A DNA stretch of 63,555 bases, the filler included, from Collodictyon triciliatum (taxonomy: Eukaryota): assembly GCA_043381765.1 (NCBI GenBank). It is 4 parts of 4 records of this genome, joined end to end, with 100 filler letters (N's around TTAATTAATTAA, not from the genome) between each part and the next. Parts side by side here need not be neighbours in the genome. Positions count along the whole stretch, not along the records: positions 1 to 17,591 come from JBHJMP010001440.1; positions 17,692 to 35,269 come from JBHJMP010001441.1; 2 more parts are not named here. One strand, given 5' to 3'. Under the pieces are notes generated by a model, which saw nothing but the letters and a program-made list of their open reading frames with translations, searched no databases and was not told the origin of the DNA. Shown here in pieces: positions 12,949 through 26,040 of the stretch (position 1 is its first letter; each line of letters starts with the position of its first letter). Position numbers and translations under genes: made by a program.

Positions 12949-15900
12949 TTAGATATCCTCCATGTCGTCTGCCGGAGCATCAGAAATATCAGAGAATTGG
13001 TCAGAGTCAGCGTCATCTGAGAAGTCAGCTACGTCTCCTTTGTTGGCTGTGAGACTTTCAATGGCGCAGACCTATTCAGATCGATGAATAAGTTAATAAA
13101 TGGGTTAGAGGATTAAGTGGAGAAATGTGGGTGTTTTAAGTAAACACCAACAAAAGAGCAGTTGCGAGCAACTTAGGGAACTCAACAATAAGTCGATCAA
13201 AGAACTTCCATATTATAAGTTAATTGTGTGCATCTAATACCTTGGCATATTCTTGTTGAGCGAGCTCCTTGCGCACCCACCCAGGGACGTCAGGAATAAT
13301 CCAGGCGACAAAGAACTTGAGCAGGAAGATAGCGTGCTGCATATTACAGGAAATTTGGTACATGAGGCGGAGATGGATGAGTGAATGATTTTATCATAAA
13401 AAGAAAAGGAGGAAAAGCATAGTAAAGCCTTGGAAATAACCTCGATTGCGACAGCGATGAACAGGACTTTCTTTGGGTCGCTTTCTCCCACCATGTCATT
13501 TAATTCTGTACTAGTCTCTGAGATAACCAGGACATTTGTAATCACGGAAATGATCCCGATAACTTCAAGGATACGGAACCAAGTGCCTGTTTTGGTTTAC
13601 ATCCAAAAATAAAAAGGTGATAAGCTCAGAAAAAAAATATCAGAAATATCACCAGTATGATTTTTTGAAAGATATCCATAATAACCGCGTTAAAGAGACA
13701 GGGATTTAAGAAATACCAATATCCTCGGCCGCGCGATACTCGGGGCGGCGGTATTCTTGCAGGATTTTGTATGCATCTGACCGGATTTCGATGATGTTAT
13801 TCACCAAAGCCACTGCTGGTGCGAGTGGGAACGCAGCAACGAAGAGAGTAACGTACCCGTACTGGATGACTGTGAAATGCAGTTAATTGAGTCTGATGCT
13901 AAATGTCAAATGGTAAACGAGTTTTTCGACCGACTAAAAACACAGGCAGCAACCCACAAGTTTTCAAAGTTGTCCGAAAATTAAAAGCAAAGAAATCTGT
14001 TACTCATTTCGTTGTAATCATCAAAAGGCGAAGGATATTCAGGCTGGAGTCTTTGCTTTTCATAGCGCGACATGGGCTTCAGTTCTTCCTTGACTCCAGT
14101 CAAGTTGCTGTTCTCCATGTGCAAATTAACCCTTGCGATGATGGCTCTGCGAAGAATTAAAGGATATTACACACTAAGTATGGCGCACTATACCAGCAAG
14201 TGGCGCATTTACAATTCCGTTCGAGCAATGGTATTATATTCCGATTTAAATATATGATTTATAGGGGAAAGAAACTATTCGTAAAAGAATTACGGCATAA
14301 GGATTTCTTGGAACTGGCCGATGAGCTGACGGAAGATAAGAATTGAAGAAAGCTGAGAGCTGAGTTCCTCCATGCAGTTGGGGTCGCATTTGTCATTACC
14401 GATGACTCCAGATCTTTTCACGTATGCGATGTAGAACAAGGAGATATAGCTTGATGAAAGTAAGCAGATGAGCGACTGAATATGTGATTATTATGGTATG
14501 TTGCTTCAATTATCATAAAGTGGCGTGCAGATATTTAAGTGTAAGAGAATGTTTATATATGAATGCTCCATTTAGCAACAATACTCGTAATATTATGTAC
14601 CTGTTGACGAACTGAAACATGAATGTCTTTGTAATGAGGTTGTCTTCGTACTCTGTATCAGTTCGATGATTTTCTGCGTACAGAGTGGGGATTCTCAGTA
14701 TGCAAATATAGTATTGTGATACAATCATTACAGATGGAAAAAAATGTTCTAATTACCCCAATCAGTGATTGAAATGGCCAGATTGCGATAGACCTAAGAG
14801 TACAAGAAAATAATGTAGGGTTAGCGAATAGAAGACATCTTCCTGATAATGAAGTAGACCACTAGCTTTGAAAATAAAGGAAACATGGTTGAGCCTTCTC
14901 TCCTCGTGCAAGTTGTAAGGAAGGGATAACAAAGAGAAGAAAAAAAACTTCAAAGATTCTCACGATGTTAAGAACCAAGATAGCGACAGTATTGATGATT
15001 CCAGACAATTGACCACCCCAGAATGGGTCGCGGAGATCGCGCTGCAAAATGGAGCGGGTAATCATGAGTCCGACAGTAGCGGCGACGACCAAGCAAACCT
15101 GAGATAATGCGTTGATACCGAATTATGTGAAACGCAGGCACTATGAACTTCTTATTCACATAGTGATGTGGAGCACAGCGATTAAATCCGATAAATACTT
15201 TGAAAATATCCGCATCAAGTGAACACAAAATAGAGGAAACACGATTTGCATATCAATACATCAGAATGGTTACCATCGTAAGTACAGCTGGTGTACCAAA
15301 GCCGATCTTGATGTTTCGGATGAGGTTGGAGTAATAGTAAGAAACAGGCGTCTTTGGACCCCATTTTGTTTCATCGCTCAGGTCAACCCATTCTCCATTG
15401 ATGTAAACTCCTTTCTTTTCGGTTCCTCGGAACTCGGGACGAGTACGCTCCTATTTGTTACGATGTTGACGCAATCAATAACTTCTGGAATAATGCAGAA
15501 TGGCAACTAGAATTGTTCTCAATAAAGAATGAGAAAGCGATTGAGGACTAAGGAATATCATAATAGTGATATCCGAGACTATTTTCTTCAGATATTGCCT
15601 TCACTCATGTGTCAAAATAGGAGCACCTCAGCCTCATAACCTAGAGTGCCCCATCGGAAAGCGAGAGCGCAATTGCGGCGCTTCCAGAATTCCAGGAAAA
15701 GAGTGGACCACAGCGAAATGAAGATGCAGTAAAATGGAATGATTGGGTTGTCGAATTGGTCATTAACACTAAAATTATACAGTTTTTTTAAAAACAAAAA
15801 ACGCTCTGGTGTCTTTTTGTATACAAGTCAAGGACTTGGTTGAGATTGAAAGAGAAAAGGATTCAAAACAAAACTAAAGTCATTGGTCGAAAATCAATTA

Positions 15901-17377
15901 TACTCACGTGATTCCAAAGACGATGATACCGGCCAACGACGCAATAATGAGCCAGCTTGTATAATACCCTGAAGTGGAAAAACATGAAAAGGTAGAAGAA
16001 AAACAAATGGTTTTTTGATTTTGATAGGAATGACATGATTTTTACACACCGAGCCAGGCGAAGTAGATGGCAATTTTCTCTCCAAAGTAATCGCGAATCT
16101 CATCCAAAGGCTGGATTCCCCAATGTTTGGCCCAAGTCTGGATGAGCCGCTTGCGAGGCTCCTCTTCATGAACAGGGAACATAGTTTTGATGATACCCGC
16201 TCTCTGGAGCAACCCCAAACCTTGATTTTGAAAGTAAGACAAAACGAAGATCAGGAGATTCATCATAATATGTATATATCAACGAGGGTGAGCTAAGTAT
16301 ATAATCACTTTCTTAACGGGGTTTGAAATGGTGAAAGAGGGTGTCGTTATCTAAAAGTATACTCAGTTCGGCGCCTCCTTCAAACTTTGGTGCTTCGACA
16401 ATGTTCAGGACGATGTGGCATCTCAGGGATGACCGGAAAAGACTTCCACTAGGTAGCTTCTCAAAGAGGTCTACCTTATCCCTCTCAAAGTCGATGTAAC
16501 CACCTCCGTGGGCAGCCTTGTGGAGTCAAAGATGATAGTCAGTGGAGTCCTCCAATGTGGTTGAATTTGTCTTTCTCGCATATATTCCCTTTGTTTGTGA
16601 ATCCTTTCCACATTCTTGTCAATTTTTTCGCATTTTTGCATATAGATTTTACTTATTTATTCATAATGATATTCTAAAATAATCCCATGCATTTCAAGAG
16701 TCTCTACTCACACTCATGCGCATGTTGAGCTTCATTGTTTCAGCCTGTCGTTGGAGGCGCTCCTCTGTGGCAGTCAATCCAAGGAAGATTTCATCGGCAT
16801 TTCTGGCGCGGAAAAGAGTGCATTGGAGACCCACCGAACGCAGACGATGCACAATCTGGACGCATCAATCCCAATGATTACATGTATGAGTATGTAGGTA
16901 TTTAAGACATGTGGGTCTAATGAGATAATCGCCCATATTTCCATCCTTCATTGATTGTCTGGTTATCGTTAAGAACGCCATATTTTCTATTAGATATTAT
17001 TATAAAAAAAAGATACTCTTCCACGGTCCAGAACAACAGTTCTCGCTTTGCCGTTGTTGATCAGGCCAAAGCACGTTGTTCCGTCGTCATCGTCGTTATC
17101 ACCGCTGCTCTGTGATTCAGGGTATCATGCAAAGTAAAGGTTAAGGGAGGTGCATAGCGATTCATGAGTGCCTCTAGAAGCTGCCTTATGCAATATAGAG
17201 AGGATGTGCCATGAAGCAGGCAGTTTGAGGAATGAAACGGTTGACGAAGAACTGCGGAAGAAAACTAAACATAGCAGTACCTTTTCTTGATCAAAGACGA
17301 TCACATAGTCGAACTTGTGGCTCTTTTTCAGCTCTTTGATGTCGATAGACTCGTGCGAGATGGGTGTTTCCGACGCG
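12949..17377 (-). CDS. Anoctamin/TMEM16 family Ca2+-activated channel or scramblase; 5' end not seen
   Basis: Phase-consistent exons carry the family motifs [90 protein letters not shown] and [10 protein letters not shown]. Stop TAA at 12949-12951. The most upstream visible exon (17377) starts at an acceptor, not an ATG. Confidence 0.93.
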
Positions 17378-17484
17378 CTGGATGAGATAAGGAGAGAATT
17401 GTCGCGTTGAAGAGTTGAAGGAAAACAAAGAAAAAAGACTTTTTAGCGGAGTATTGTGTTTGTGTTTGTTTTGTTTTGTTTTGT

Positions 17485-17591
17485 AAAGAAAAGAAAAGAA
17501 AAGAAAAGAAAAGAAAAGAAAAGAAAAGAAAAGAAAAGAAAAGAAAAGAAAAGAAAAGAAAAGAAAAGAAAAGAAAAGAAAAGAAAAGAAA
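17485..17591. repeat. (AAAAG)n microsatellite next to a gap
   Basis: Tandem repeat read directly. Confidence 0.95.
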
Positions 17592-17691
17592 NNNNNNNNN
17601 NNNNNNNNNNNNNNNNNNNNNNNNNNNNNNNNNNNTTAATTAATTAANNNNNNNNNNNNNNNNNNNNNNNNNNNNNNNNNNNNNNNNNNNN
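17592..17691. other. Artificial 100-nt contig join (44N-TTAATTAATTAA-44N)
   Basis: Identical structure recurs at 35270-35369 and 52944-53043; the 12-mer has stops in all six frames. Confidence 0.9.
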
Positions 17692-19560
17692 GTTGTTTCA
17701 TCGGCTGCTGTCTCGTTGCCTGCTGTCTCGTTGCCTGCTGTCTCGTTGACTGCTGCTTCGTTGCCTGCTGTCTCGTTGCCTGCTGCTTCGTTGCCTGTTG
17801 TTTCATCGGCTGTTGTTTCATCAGCTGCTGTCTCGTTGCCTGCTGTCTCATTGGCTGCTGCTTCGTTGCCTGCTGTCTCGTTGCCTGCTGTCTCGTTGCC
17901 TGCTGCTTCGTTGCCTGCTGTCTCATTACCTGTTGTCTCATCAGCTGCTGCTTCGTTGCCTGCTGTCTCGTTGGCTGTTGTCTCATTGGCTGCTGCTTCG
18001 TTGCCTGCTGTCTCGTTGCCTGCTGCTTCGTTGCCTGTTGTTTCATTAACTGCTGTTTCATCAGCTGCTGTCTCGTTGCCTGCTGTCTCGTTGCCTGCTG
18101 TCTCGTTGCCTGCTGTCTCGTTGACTGCTGTCTCGTTGACTGCTGCTTCGTTGCCTGCTGCTTCATCGGCTGTTGCTTCATCGGCTGTTGCTTCATCGGC
18201 TGTTGCTTCATCGGCTGTTGTTTCATCAGCTGCTGTTTCATCGCCTGCTGTCTCGTTGCCTGCTGTTTCATTGATGGCTGTTTCATTGACGGCTGTTTCG
18301 TTGATTGCTGCTTCATTGACTGTTGTTTCATCGGCTGTTGTTTCATCGGCTGTTGTTTCATCGGCTGCTGTCTCGTTGACTGCTGCTTCGTTGCCTGCTG
18401 CTTCGTTGCCTGCTGCTTCATCGGCTGTTGTTTCATCGCCTGCTGTTTCATCGGCTGTTGCTTCATTGACTGTTGTTTCATCGGCTGTTGTTTCATCGGC
18501 TGCTGTCTCGTTGCCTGCTGTCTCGTTGCCTGCTGTCTCGTTGCCTGCTGCTTCATTGACTGTTGCTTCATCGGCTGTTGTTTCATCGCCTGCTGTTTCA
18601 TCGGCTGTTGCTTCATTGACTGTTGTTTCATCAGCTGATGTTTCATCGCCTGCTGTCTCGTTGCCTGCTGTCTCGTTGACTGTTGCTTCATCGGCTGTTG
18701 CTTCATCGGCTGTTGCTTCATCGGCTGTTGCTTCATCGGCTGTTGCTTCATCGGCTGTTGTTTCATCGGCTGTTGCTTCATCGGCTGTTGCTTCATTGAC
18801 TGTTGTTTCATCAACTGCTGCTTCATCGGCTGTTGTTTCATCGCCTGCTGTCTCGTTGCCTGCTGCTTCATTGACTGTTGTTTCATCGGCCGCTGTCTCG
18901 TTGCCTGCTGCTTCGTTGCCTGCTGTCTCGTTGCCTGCTGTCTCATTACCTGTTGTCTCGTTGGCTGTTGTCTCATCAGCTGCTGCTTCGTTGCCTGCTG
19001 TCTCCTTGGCTGTTGTCTCATTGGCTGCTGCTTCGTTGCCTGCTGTCTCGTTGACTGCTGCTTCATCGGCTGTGGTTTCGTTGACTATTGTCTCATCGGC
19101 TGCTGCTTCATCGGCTGTTGCTTCATTGACTGTTGTCTCATCAGCTGCTGCTTCGTTGCCTGCTGTCTCGTTGACTGCTGTTTCATCGGCTGTTCTTTCA
19201 TTGACGGCTGTTTCGTTGACGGTTGCTTCGTTGGCTGTTGTTTCATCGGCTGTTGTCTCATCAGATCGAGATTTTGTAGGTTCTATACTAACAGCTTGGG
19301 GTTCGGTCGAGTCATTCTCGAATGACTCTCCCTCAAAGTCGCTGTATGCGCTGCCTGGTGTTTCATTGCCTGGTGTTTCATTGCCTGGTGTTTCATTGCC
19401 TGGTGTTTCATTGCCTGGTGTTTCATTGCCTGGTGTTTCATTGCCTGGTGTGTCATTGCCTGGTGTTTCATCGCCTGGTGCTTCATTGCCTGGTGCTTCA
19501 TTGCCTGGTGTTTCATTGCCTGGCGTTTCATTGCCTGGCGTTTCATTGTCCGGTGTCTTA
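17692..19560. repeat. 15-bp coding minisatellite (units such as TCGTTGCCTGCTGTC / TCATCGGCTGTTGTT)
   Basis: More than 100 variant units read directly. Confidence 0.95.
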
Positions 19561-20549
19561 TTTGTTGTTGTTTCATCGGCTGATTTTTCGTCTGTTCGAG
19601 TATATTCAGCCGATATTTCATCGGGTCGAGATTTTGTAACTTCTATACTAACAGCTTGGGGTTCGGTCGAGTCACCCGAGAATGACTCTCTCTCGAAATC
19701 ATCATATTCACTGCCTGGTGTATTATTGGCTACTGTATTAGTGTCTGCTATTTTGTGGGTTGATGTTTCCTCGCTTGATATCTTGCTTGCTGTTGTTTCA
19801 TCGGCGGCTGTCTTTTTGGCTACTGTCTCATTGGGTACCGTTTCGGTCGGTTTGGAAAGAATGGATTGTATTACGGTGTCGTGTGTATCATCTGCTAGTG
19901 ATTTAATAGCTTGAGATGTAGTGGGCTCTGCATCAATAGGTCGTGGTTCGGTCGAATTATCCTCGGAAGACACTTCATTCAAGTCATTTGATTTTTTTAC
20001 TGAAGTTTCGTTTAGCTCTATGCCGATTGGTTGGTCTAGATGGTCACAGATAAATATTAGAAGAATTTTATAGTTGAAATTTGGTAATTATCACACATAT
20101 GATCAATTCATTCACACTAAATCATTTAAAAGAACATTACTATGAGCAATATATTCATGGCTTGGCACAATGTCTACTTCGCCCGGTTTGCCGGTCTCCT
20201 TTGTCCCCAACTCGAGTTTGCTAATTATGGGAGTTGTGAATGAATGTTTGAGAAGATTCCATTTGATGTAGAGAATTAGCAATTAAGAGACAGAAATTAA
20301 CCTTGAAACTATGTTCTCTTCCAAACTTGAATTGATAAGGTTTGGTTTATCCTGGCAACAAATATTTTAGAAAACAGTATATGTGTATATTCTCTGACTG
20401 AATTAAGTAGTATAGTATAGATCGTAACCATAAATAAGAATAAGAAGAGTAATGGATAATGGATAATGGATAATGGATAATTCTAAGTATGAGCATAAAT
20501 AAGTACGAGTGCTGTGAAATGATAAAAATCACCTCAATGCTCCTTTGTC
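17692..20549 (-). CDS. Acidic low-complexity protein with a long 15-bp (pentapeptide) tandem array; partial at both ends
   Basis: Open exon 20035 to 17692 encodes ETAGN/EAAAD/ETTVN/ETPGN repeats. Upstream small exons at about 20533-20549, 20302-20351 and 20141-20220 splice in consistent phase with GT-AG ends. Confidence 0.7.
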
Positions 20550-21166
20550 CTGAAATATGTGAAAAATGTTTTCCATCAAGATACGGAAATTAGTGAGAGA
20601 ACAGTATGTTTATCGNNNNNNNNNNNNNNNNNNNNNNNNNNNNNNNNNNNNNNNNNNNNNNNNNNNNNNNNNNNNNNNNNNNNNNNNNNNNNNNNNNNNN
20701 NNNNNNNNNNNNNNNNNNNNNNNNNNNNNNNNNNNNNNNNNNNNNNNNNNNNNNNNNNNNNNNNNNNNNNNNNNNNNNNNNNNNNNNNNNNNNNNNNNNN
20801 NNNNNNNNNNNNNNNNNNNNNNNNNNNNNNNNNNNNNNNNNNNGGAGGAGGAGGAGGAGGAGGAGGAGGAGGATGGAAGTTGAAATTTGGTCATTGATAG
20901 AATCTATGTCAGGGTCCATAATGATGAGCCGCAAATTCAGTTTCCGAGCCGAGATAACCTGCATCTGAATCCGACTCAAGTCATTGCTTTCAACCAAAGT
21001 ACAATAACTATGTTAGACTGTATAAAAATACAAAAATCCTTTCCTTGAATCCTAAAGAAAAAAGGAACACATTTCAGCATGTTTTTTTATAATAAAATCT
21101 AATTTATAACTCAAATTGGGGGTCTATTATTAATTTTATTTATTACTTATTATCAAACACCACATA

Positions 21167-21628
21167 TGCATAGCGATGAGCCATGAATTCAGCTTCTGTA
21201 CCGAGCTGGCTTGCACCTATAGCCGATACACGTCACTGTTTTCAACCAAGGCGCAACAGCTACTCCAGACTGTAGAAAAAAACACAAATACCCTTCCTTC
21301 TCTTGAATAGGATAGATTAAAAATTGTATTTATTAGTTTGTATAACATAAGAATAATTTATGAAACATGTACTTGTTGATAATGTGTTGTTTTATTGATT
21401 TAAATTTGATCATGAGATCGAATCCAGGTCAGGGCTCCTGGTAGTTGCAGCTCTTTAGAGTTGTAATTATTCTCAACCCTCTCGGGTGCATAGTGTTGAA
21501 CCATGAATCCAGCTTCCGTAACAAGCCAGCCTGCACCCTTATCTGACACGCGTCACTGCTTTCAACCAAGGTGCATAAAACTACTTTGGACTGTAAAAAA
21601 TATCTGAAACCCCTTCCTTCTCTTGAAT
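21167..21628. repeat. Diverged direct repeat of about 142 bp (21167-21308 and 21487-21628)
   Basis: Shared blocks CCATGAAT.CAGCTT, CGTCACTG.TTTCAACCAAGG and CCCTTCCTTCTCTTGAAT at a 320-nt offset. Confidence 0.85.
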
Positions 21629-23454
21629 CGAATAAAGGAATTTTTTTATCATGATATTTAATTTTTTTTATTCATTTCAATTTTTACGAGATGAGGAGTT
21701 CTGGCTCTGGTTTGCAGGGATTTGTTTACATGAACACTAATTAGAGACTTAATAGAGAATTTTTCTGTAAGGATTAATTTATTTGGATGTGAATGCCATT
21801 TACTATTTGGTGTGTAGATCCATTAAAGACTTAAGCCGTGCCCCTAACAAGGAATTTCTTATATTCAGGTAATTTGATTCAAATGCTACTTATTGATAGA
21901 CACATGACATTTGCAAATTGATGATACCGAATGAAAAATCTGTGATTGAAACTTCATATATCATTTTACTGATTTTAAATATAAAATATTTCTTTTTTCT
22001 ATCTCTTTACATCTGAATATTTTCTCTGTATAGACCACTCATTTAAATATTAAGTGAATTATTTTAATCCACATTTTGCGCAAATTGAAAGTAAGAATTA
22101 AAAAACTAAGTGACTTATTTTCAACTTAATCTCTGATTTGATTACTATTTTGATTTATCTATTCGTTATTATTCGGTTGTAATTTATGGAAAGGTATTAT
22201 ACTGTGAATTTTTAACATAATATTTACAAATGCCAACATCTCCAAGCACCTGCACAAAATTGAAAGGAAGAATAAAAAAACATAATATTTACAAATAAAA
22301 ATGTTTTATTTATTGCCGATTTAATATGCTCATACCTTCTCTTTACAAAATTTTATGAAAGTAAAGTTTTTTCCCTTCATTTAATTCAAAGTGGCAGTAA
22401 AGTTGATATAGTCAATAAATCTTACAATATATTCCCGAAATCTGAAATATTGAAAATAGAGACTTATTGATTCAAAAATATTTGTGATAGTTAGAAATTC
22501 TAATACAGCAAGTTGGCTTAAGTTTCTAATGATTTATACATTAAATTTTACGGGTTTATGAAGTATCTTACATCATAGCCTGTAAGAAGGAAAAACATAT
22601 TACGAAAGCACAGTATTATGTGGTATATATGGGGTAAAATTTTTTATTAACATATCTTAAGGGTACATATGACTTGCATGAAGACCACACATTATCACCA
22701 CCATTAAAATCAACACAGCTAACGATAGATAGAAGCATTCAAATTCGAACAAATTATTTATATGAGAAAGAATATACCGCTATATTGATGCATCATTCAT
22801 ATTGCCACATTAAAATTTACTTGTAGTTAATCCTACTAGGATATATCCCAAATTTTGACAAAACTTATTCATGCAATAAATAGGTGATTTTTCCTTACCA
22901 AATCGCAGTAAATGAAAAAAAAAAAGCAAGAATGATCAACTTAAGAGCACAATTTCTGTGATAATTTAGTATGACCAAAAACTGCTATGAATGTTTGATA
23001 TCAAGAGCTATTTGTCATTTTATTTGTATTATTATTAAATTTCAGAAAATATAATACCACACAAGGGCATGGTGTAACATGAGCATTTTGTTAACATAAA
23101 ATTTAAACAGAAATTCACCTAAGCAATATCTATACTTGCAAGAATGAAGAAATTATTTTATTATAAACAGACTCAAAAATTGCACTCAATCTAATATGGA
23201 CCATTTTAATCTAATTTACATTAACTACAATGGTATTTAATTATATTTAATCTCTTTCAATCATTTCACCGATGTACAGGGATGAAGCTCAAATTCAGAT
23301 CCACTCTTGATAAAATTTGTGCTATCTCTATTTGGCTCTTTTCAAAACGACTGAATAAGGTGGGGGAAATTCTTTGAAAACAAAAGATAATTCTTAAATA
23401 ATAAATAGAGAATTCCAAGAAAACAACAAATGAGACTTTCTAAATCATATGAAA

Positions 23455-23504
23455 ACATACATACATACATACATACATACATACATACATACATACATAC
23501 ATAC
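23455..23504. repeat. (CATA)n microsatellite next to a gap
   Basis: Tandem repeat read directly. Confidence 0.95.
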
Positions 23505-24595
23505 NNNNNNNNNNNNNNNNNNNNNNNNNNNNNNNNNNNNNNNNNNNNNNNNNNNNNNNNNNNNNNNNNNNNNNNNNNNNNNNNNNNNNNNNNNNNNNNN
23601 NNNNNNNNNNNNNNNNNNNNNNNNNNNNNNNNNNNNNNNNNNNNNNNNNNNNNNNNNNNNNNNNNNNNNNNNNNNNNNNNNNNNNNNNNNNNNNNNNNNN
23701 NNNNNNNNNNNNNNNNNNNNNNNNNNNNNNNNNNNNNNNNNNNNNNNNNNNNNNNNNNNNNNNNNNNNNNNNNNNAAAAAAAAAAAGACATTTTGCGTAC
23801 TAAATCTAAAAGCAGGTAAAAAAAGGCTTTATTCAATTCGCTTTGAGGAAGATCTTGTATTTATCCTGTCATGAAGGAGCCTGGTTCAAAGGCATTGAAT
23901 CAATTCAGCAAAAAAATCCGAATAGAAACGAGACGTTAAGTGAATCGTTTCTTTGTACATTTTTAAAGTACGTTACACAAATAAAATCCCTAACCTATTT
24001 AGGAGTGACATTTTTTGCCGCGAACCACTTTAAAATTCACACAAAATTTCCATAAAAATCAATATTCATTGGAAAATTGTCTAACAAGGACCAATTTCAA
24101 AATGGTACTCCCGCCAAAAGTAACGGCCTTCTAAAATCCCACTCACTACAAGCGCTAATAATAGCGAAGACTTTTGAGACGGGTTGCTATGTCGTCTTTT
24201 TAAGTAGCTTAGAATATAGCTTGGGATTAGTCCATTAACTTTTCCCATGATTTAGTAAGAATTTTTCACAGAAAAGAGCGCAACGATCTAAATATCTACT
24301 ATATATTATAGACTACAAATAAGAGTCGAGATTACCGAGATTTTACACAATCATATGGTGTAATCCGATGGATCCAAACGGAAAAGTACGTCAACAAAAA
24401 CACAACACTTGCTAGTGATTAAATATGAATGTTTAATTAAATAAAACAGACTCTCCAGAGCATCATGCACAAATTGAAAGGAATAATAAAAAAATCACTC
24501 CATCATAAAGCAAATACATGAAACATCTGTTGAATAATCCAGAAGAGTGAAATTTCTTGTCATAATTATAGTTTAAAAGTTCAACAAGGGCTTTT

Positions 24596-24707
24596 CCTAT
24601 TCATTCTATTCTATTCTATTCTATTCTATTCTATTCTATTCTATTCTATTCTATTCTATTCTATTCTATTCTATTCTATTCTATTCTATTCTATTCTATT
24701 CTATTCT
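24596..24707. repeat. (CTATT)n microsatellite
   Basis: Tandem repeat read directly. Confidence 0.95.
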
Positions 24708-26040
24708 GTATAGGATTGGAAAGGATGCTGAATTACAAATATAAAATAAGATAGTACATACAAAAAACTTTAGGCAACCCTAAAAGATAACAATACTTCT
24801 GTTAAAAAAAATCTGAATACTGAACAAAAGTTAGTTTATTCAATTTTTAAAAAGTTTATTTTTTGGTTAGCAATATCATCCTCTTACATATAATTTTTAC
24901 GAACTGTTTTTCTCTTTTAATTAGCCTTTAAATATATTCAGATATTTTACAAAATCTTATCGCCAAATCAACTCAGTTTATGTTCAAAACTTATTAAGTA
25001 GTAACTGCGACGTTGTCAAGCTAAGGAAAATAAGACACCCACAGATACAAAAAATGGCCATACGTACACAAGAAGACAAAACACGAATATTCTTAGTATC
25101 TGAAAACCCACCTGCTCTAAAATCCCCCAACAACAACACATGGAATAGCGTAATGATTCCATGTTTTTTATAATCAAAGCATTAGACTCACGAAATTAAT
25201 AAATATGAAAAAACAGAATAGTCATATAATTATAAAATGATTTGAAAATGCTTAAATTTAATCATATTTTCGATTTATGCATAAATATATATTATTTTAA
25301 TCCATCTGATGAATATTAAGATATTCTATCTTTTTACACAGGAAACAGAGGGAGCGAGCGCACAAAGTGTTATTTATCTTATTTCTTCGTAATCTTCTCT
25401 GATTTCTCCCTGATTTCTCTCATTTCTCCCTTATTTCTCCCTAATTTCTCCCTCATTTCTCCCTTATTTCTCCCTTATTTTTCCTGGCCCTTTTTCCACT
25501 GTATTCATCCCGATTCATTATTTCCTTGTGTTTCTTTGTATTTATCCAGATTCATTTACGTTCTTTGTATTTCCTTGTGCCTCTCCTAGTTCATATTTTT
25601 TTCTTTGTATTTCCTCATATTTCCTTGTATTTAGTCTGATTCGTTTATTATCTTTGCATTTTATTGTATTTACCTCAACTCTTTTATTTTCCTTGTGTTT
25701 CTCAGATTTCTCCCTTGTGATTTTACTATGTTTCTCCCTTAATTCACTTTTATTGACCTTCATACTCTTTAAGATTTGAAAAATCGACATAGTATTTGCT
25801 GAATGAATTGAGGAAAAAATGAGGGACTGCTAATAAAAAATTTTATACTGAAATCTCTCATCTCATAGAAATAACACATAAATTTCATATGCTTTCATAA
25901 CAAGAAAATAAATCAAGTATAATATAACTATATGAAAGGGGCATTTATTTCATTTCATGAACATAATCTGAAGCAATTTTTTGAATTTTCTCTTCTGAAT
26001 CCTAATTATTTCTTTTATTATCATTTATTTCCGAAAAGAA

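Noticed and set aside
17636-17647. Palindromic TTAATTAATTAA seen three times (also 35314 and 52988) as a possible element end or binding site
   Set aside because: Always centred in a 100-nt N block, so it is an assembly linker with six-frame stops. Adjacency across these joins is therefore unproven.
17636-19914. Overlapping 732-aa plus-strand ORF (PAVSL repeats) and 476-aa minus-strand ORF (MKQQ repeats) as extra genes
   Set aside because: By-products of a 15-bp unit with few stop codons. Only the E/T/A/N frame connects to phase-consistent upstream exons.
21167-21628. CRISPR-like array
   Set aside because: Only two long diverged copies, a eukaryotic context and no cas genes.
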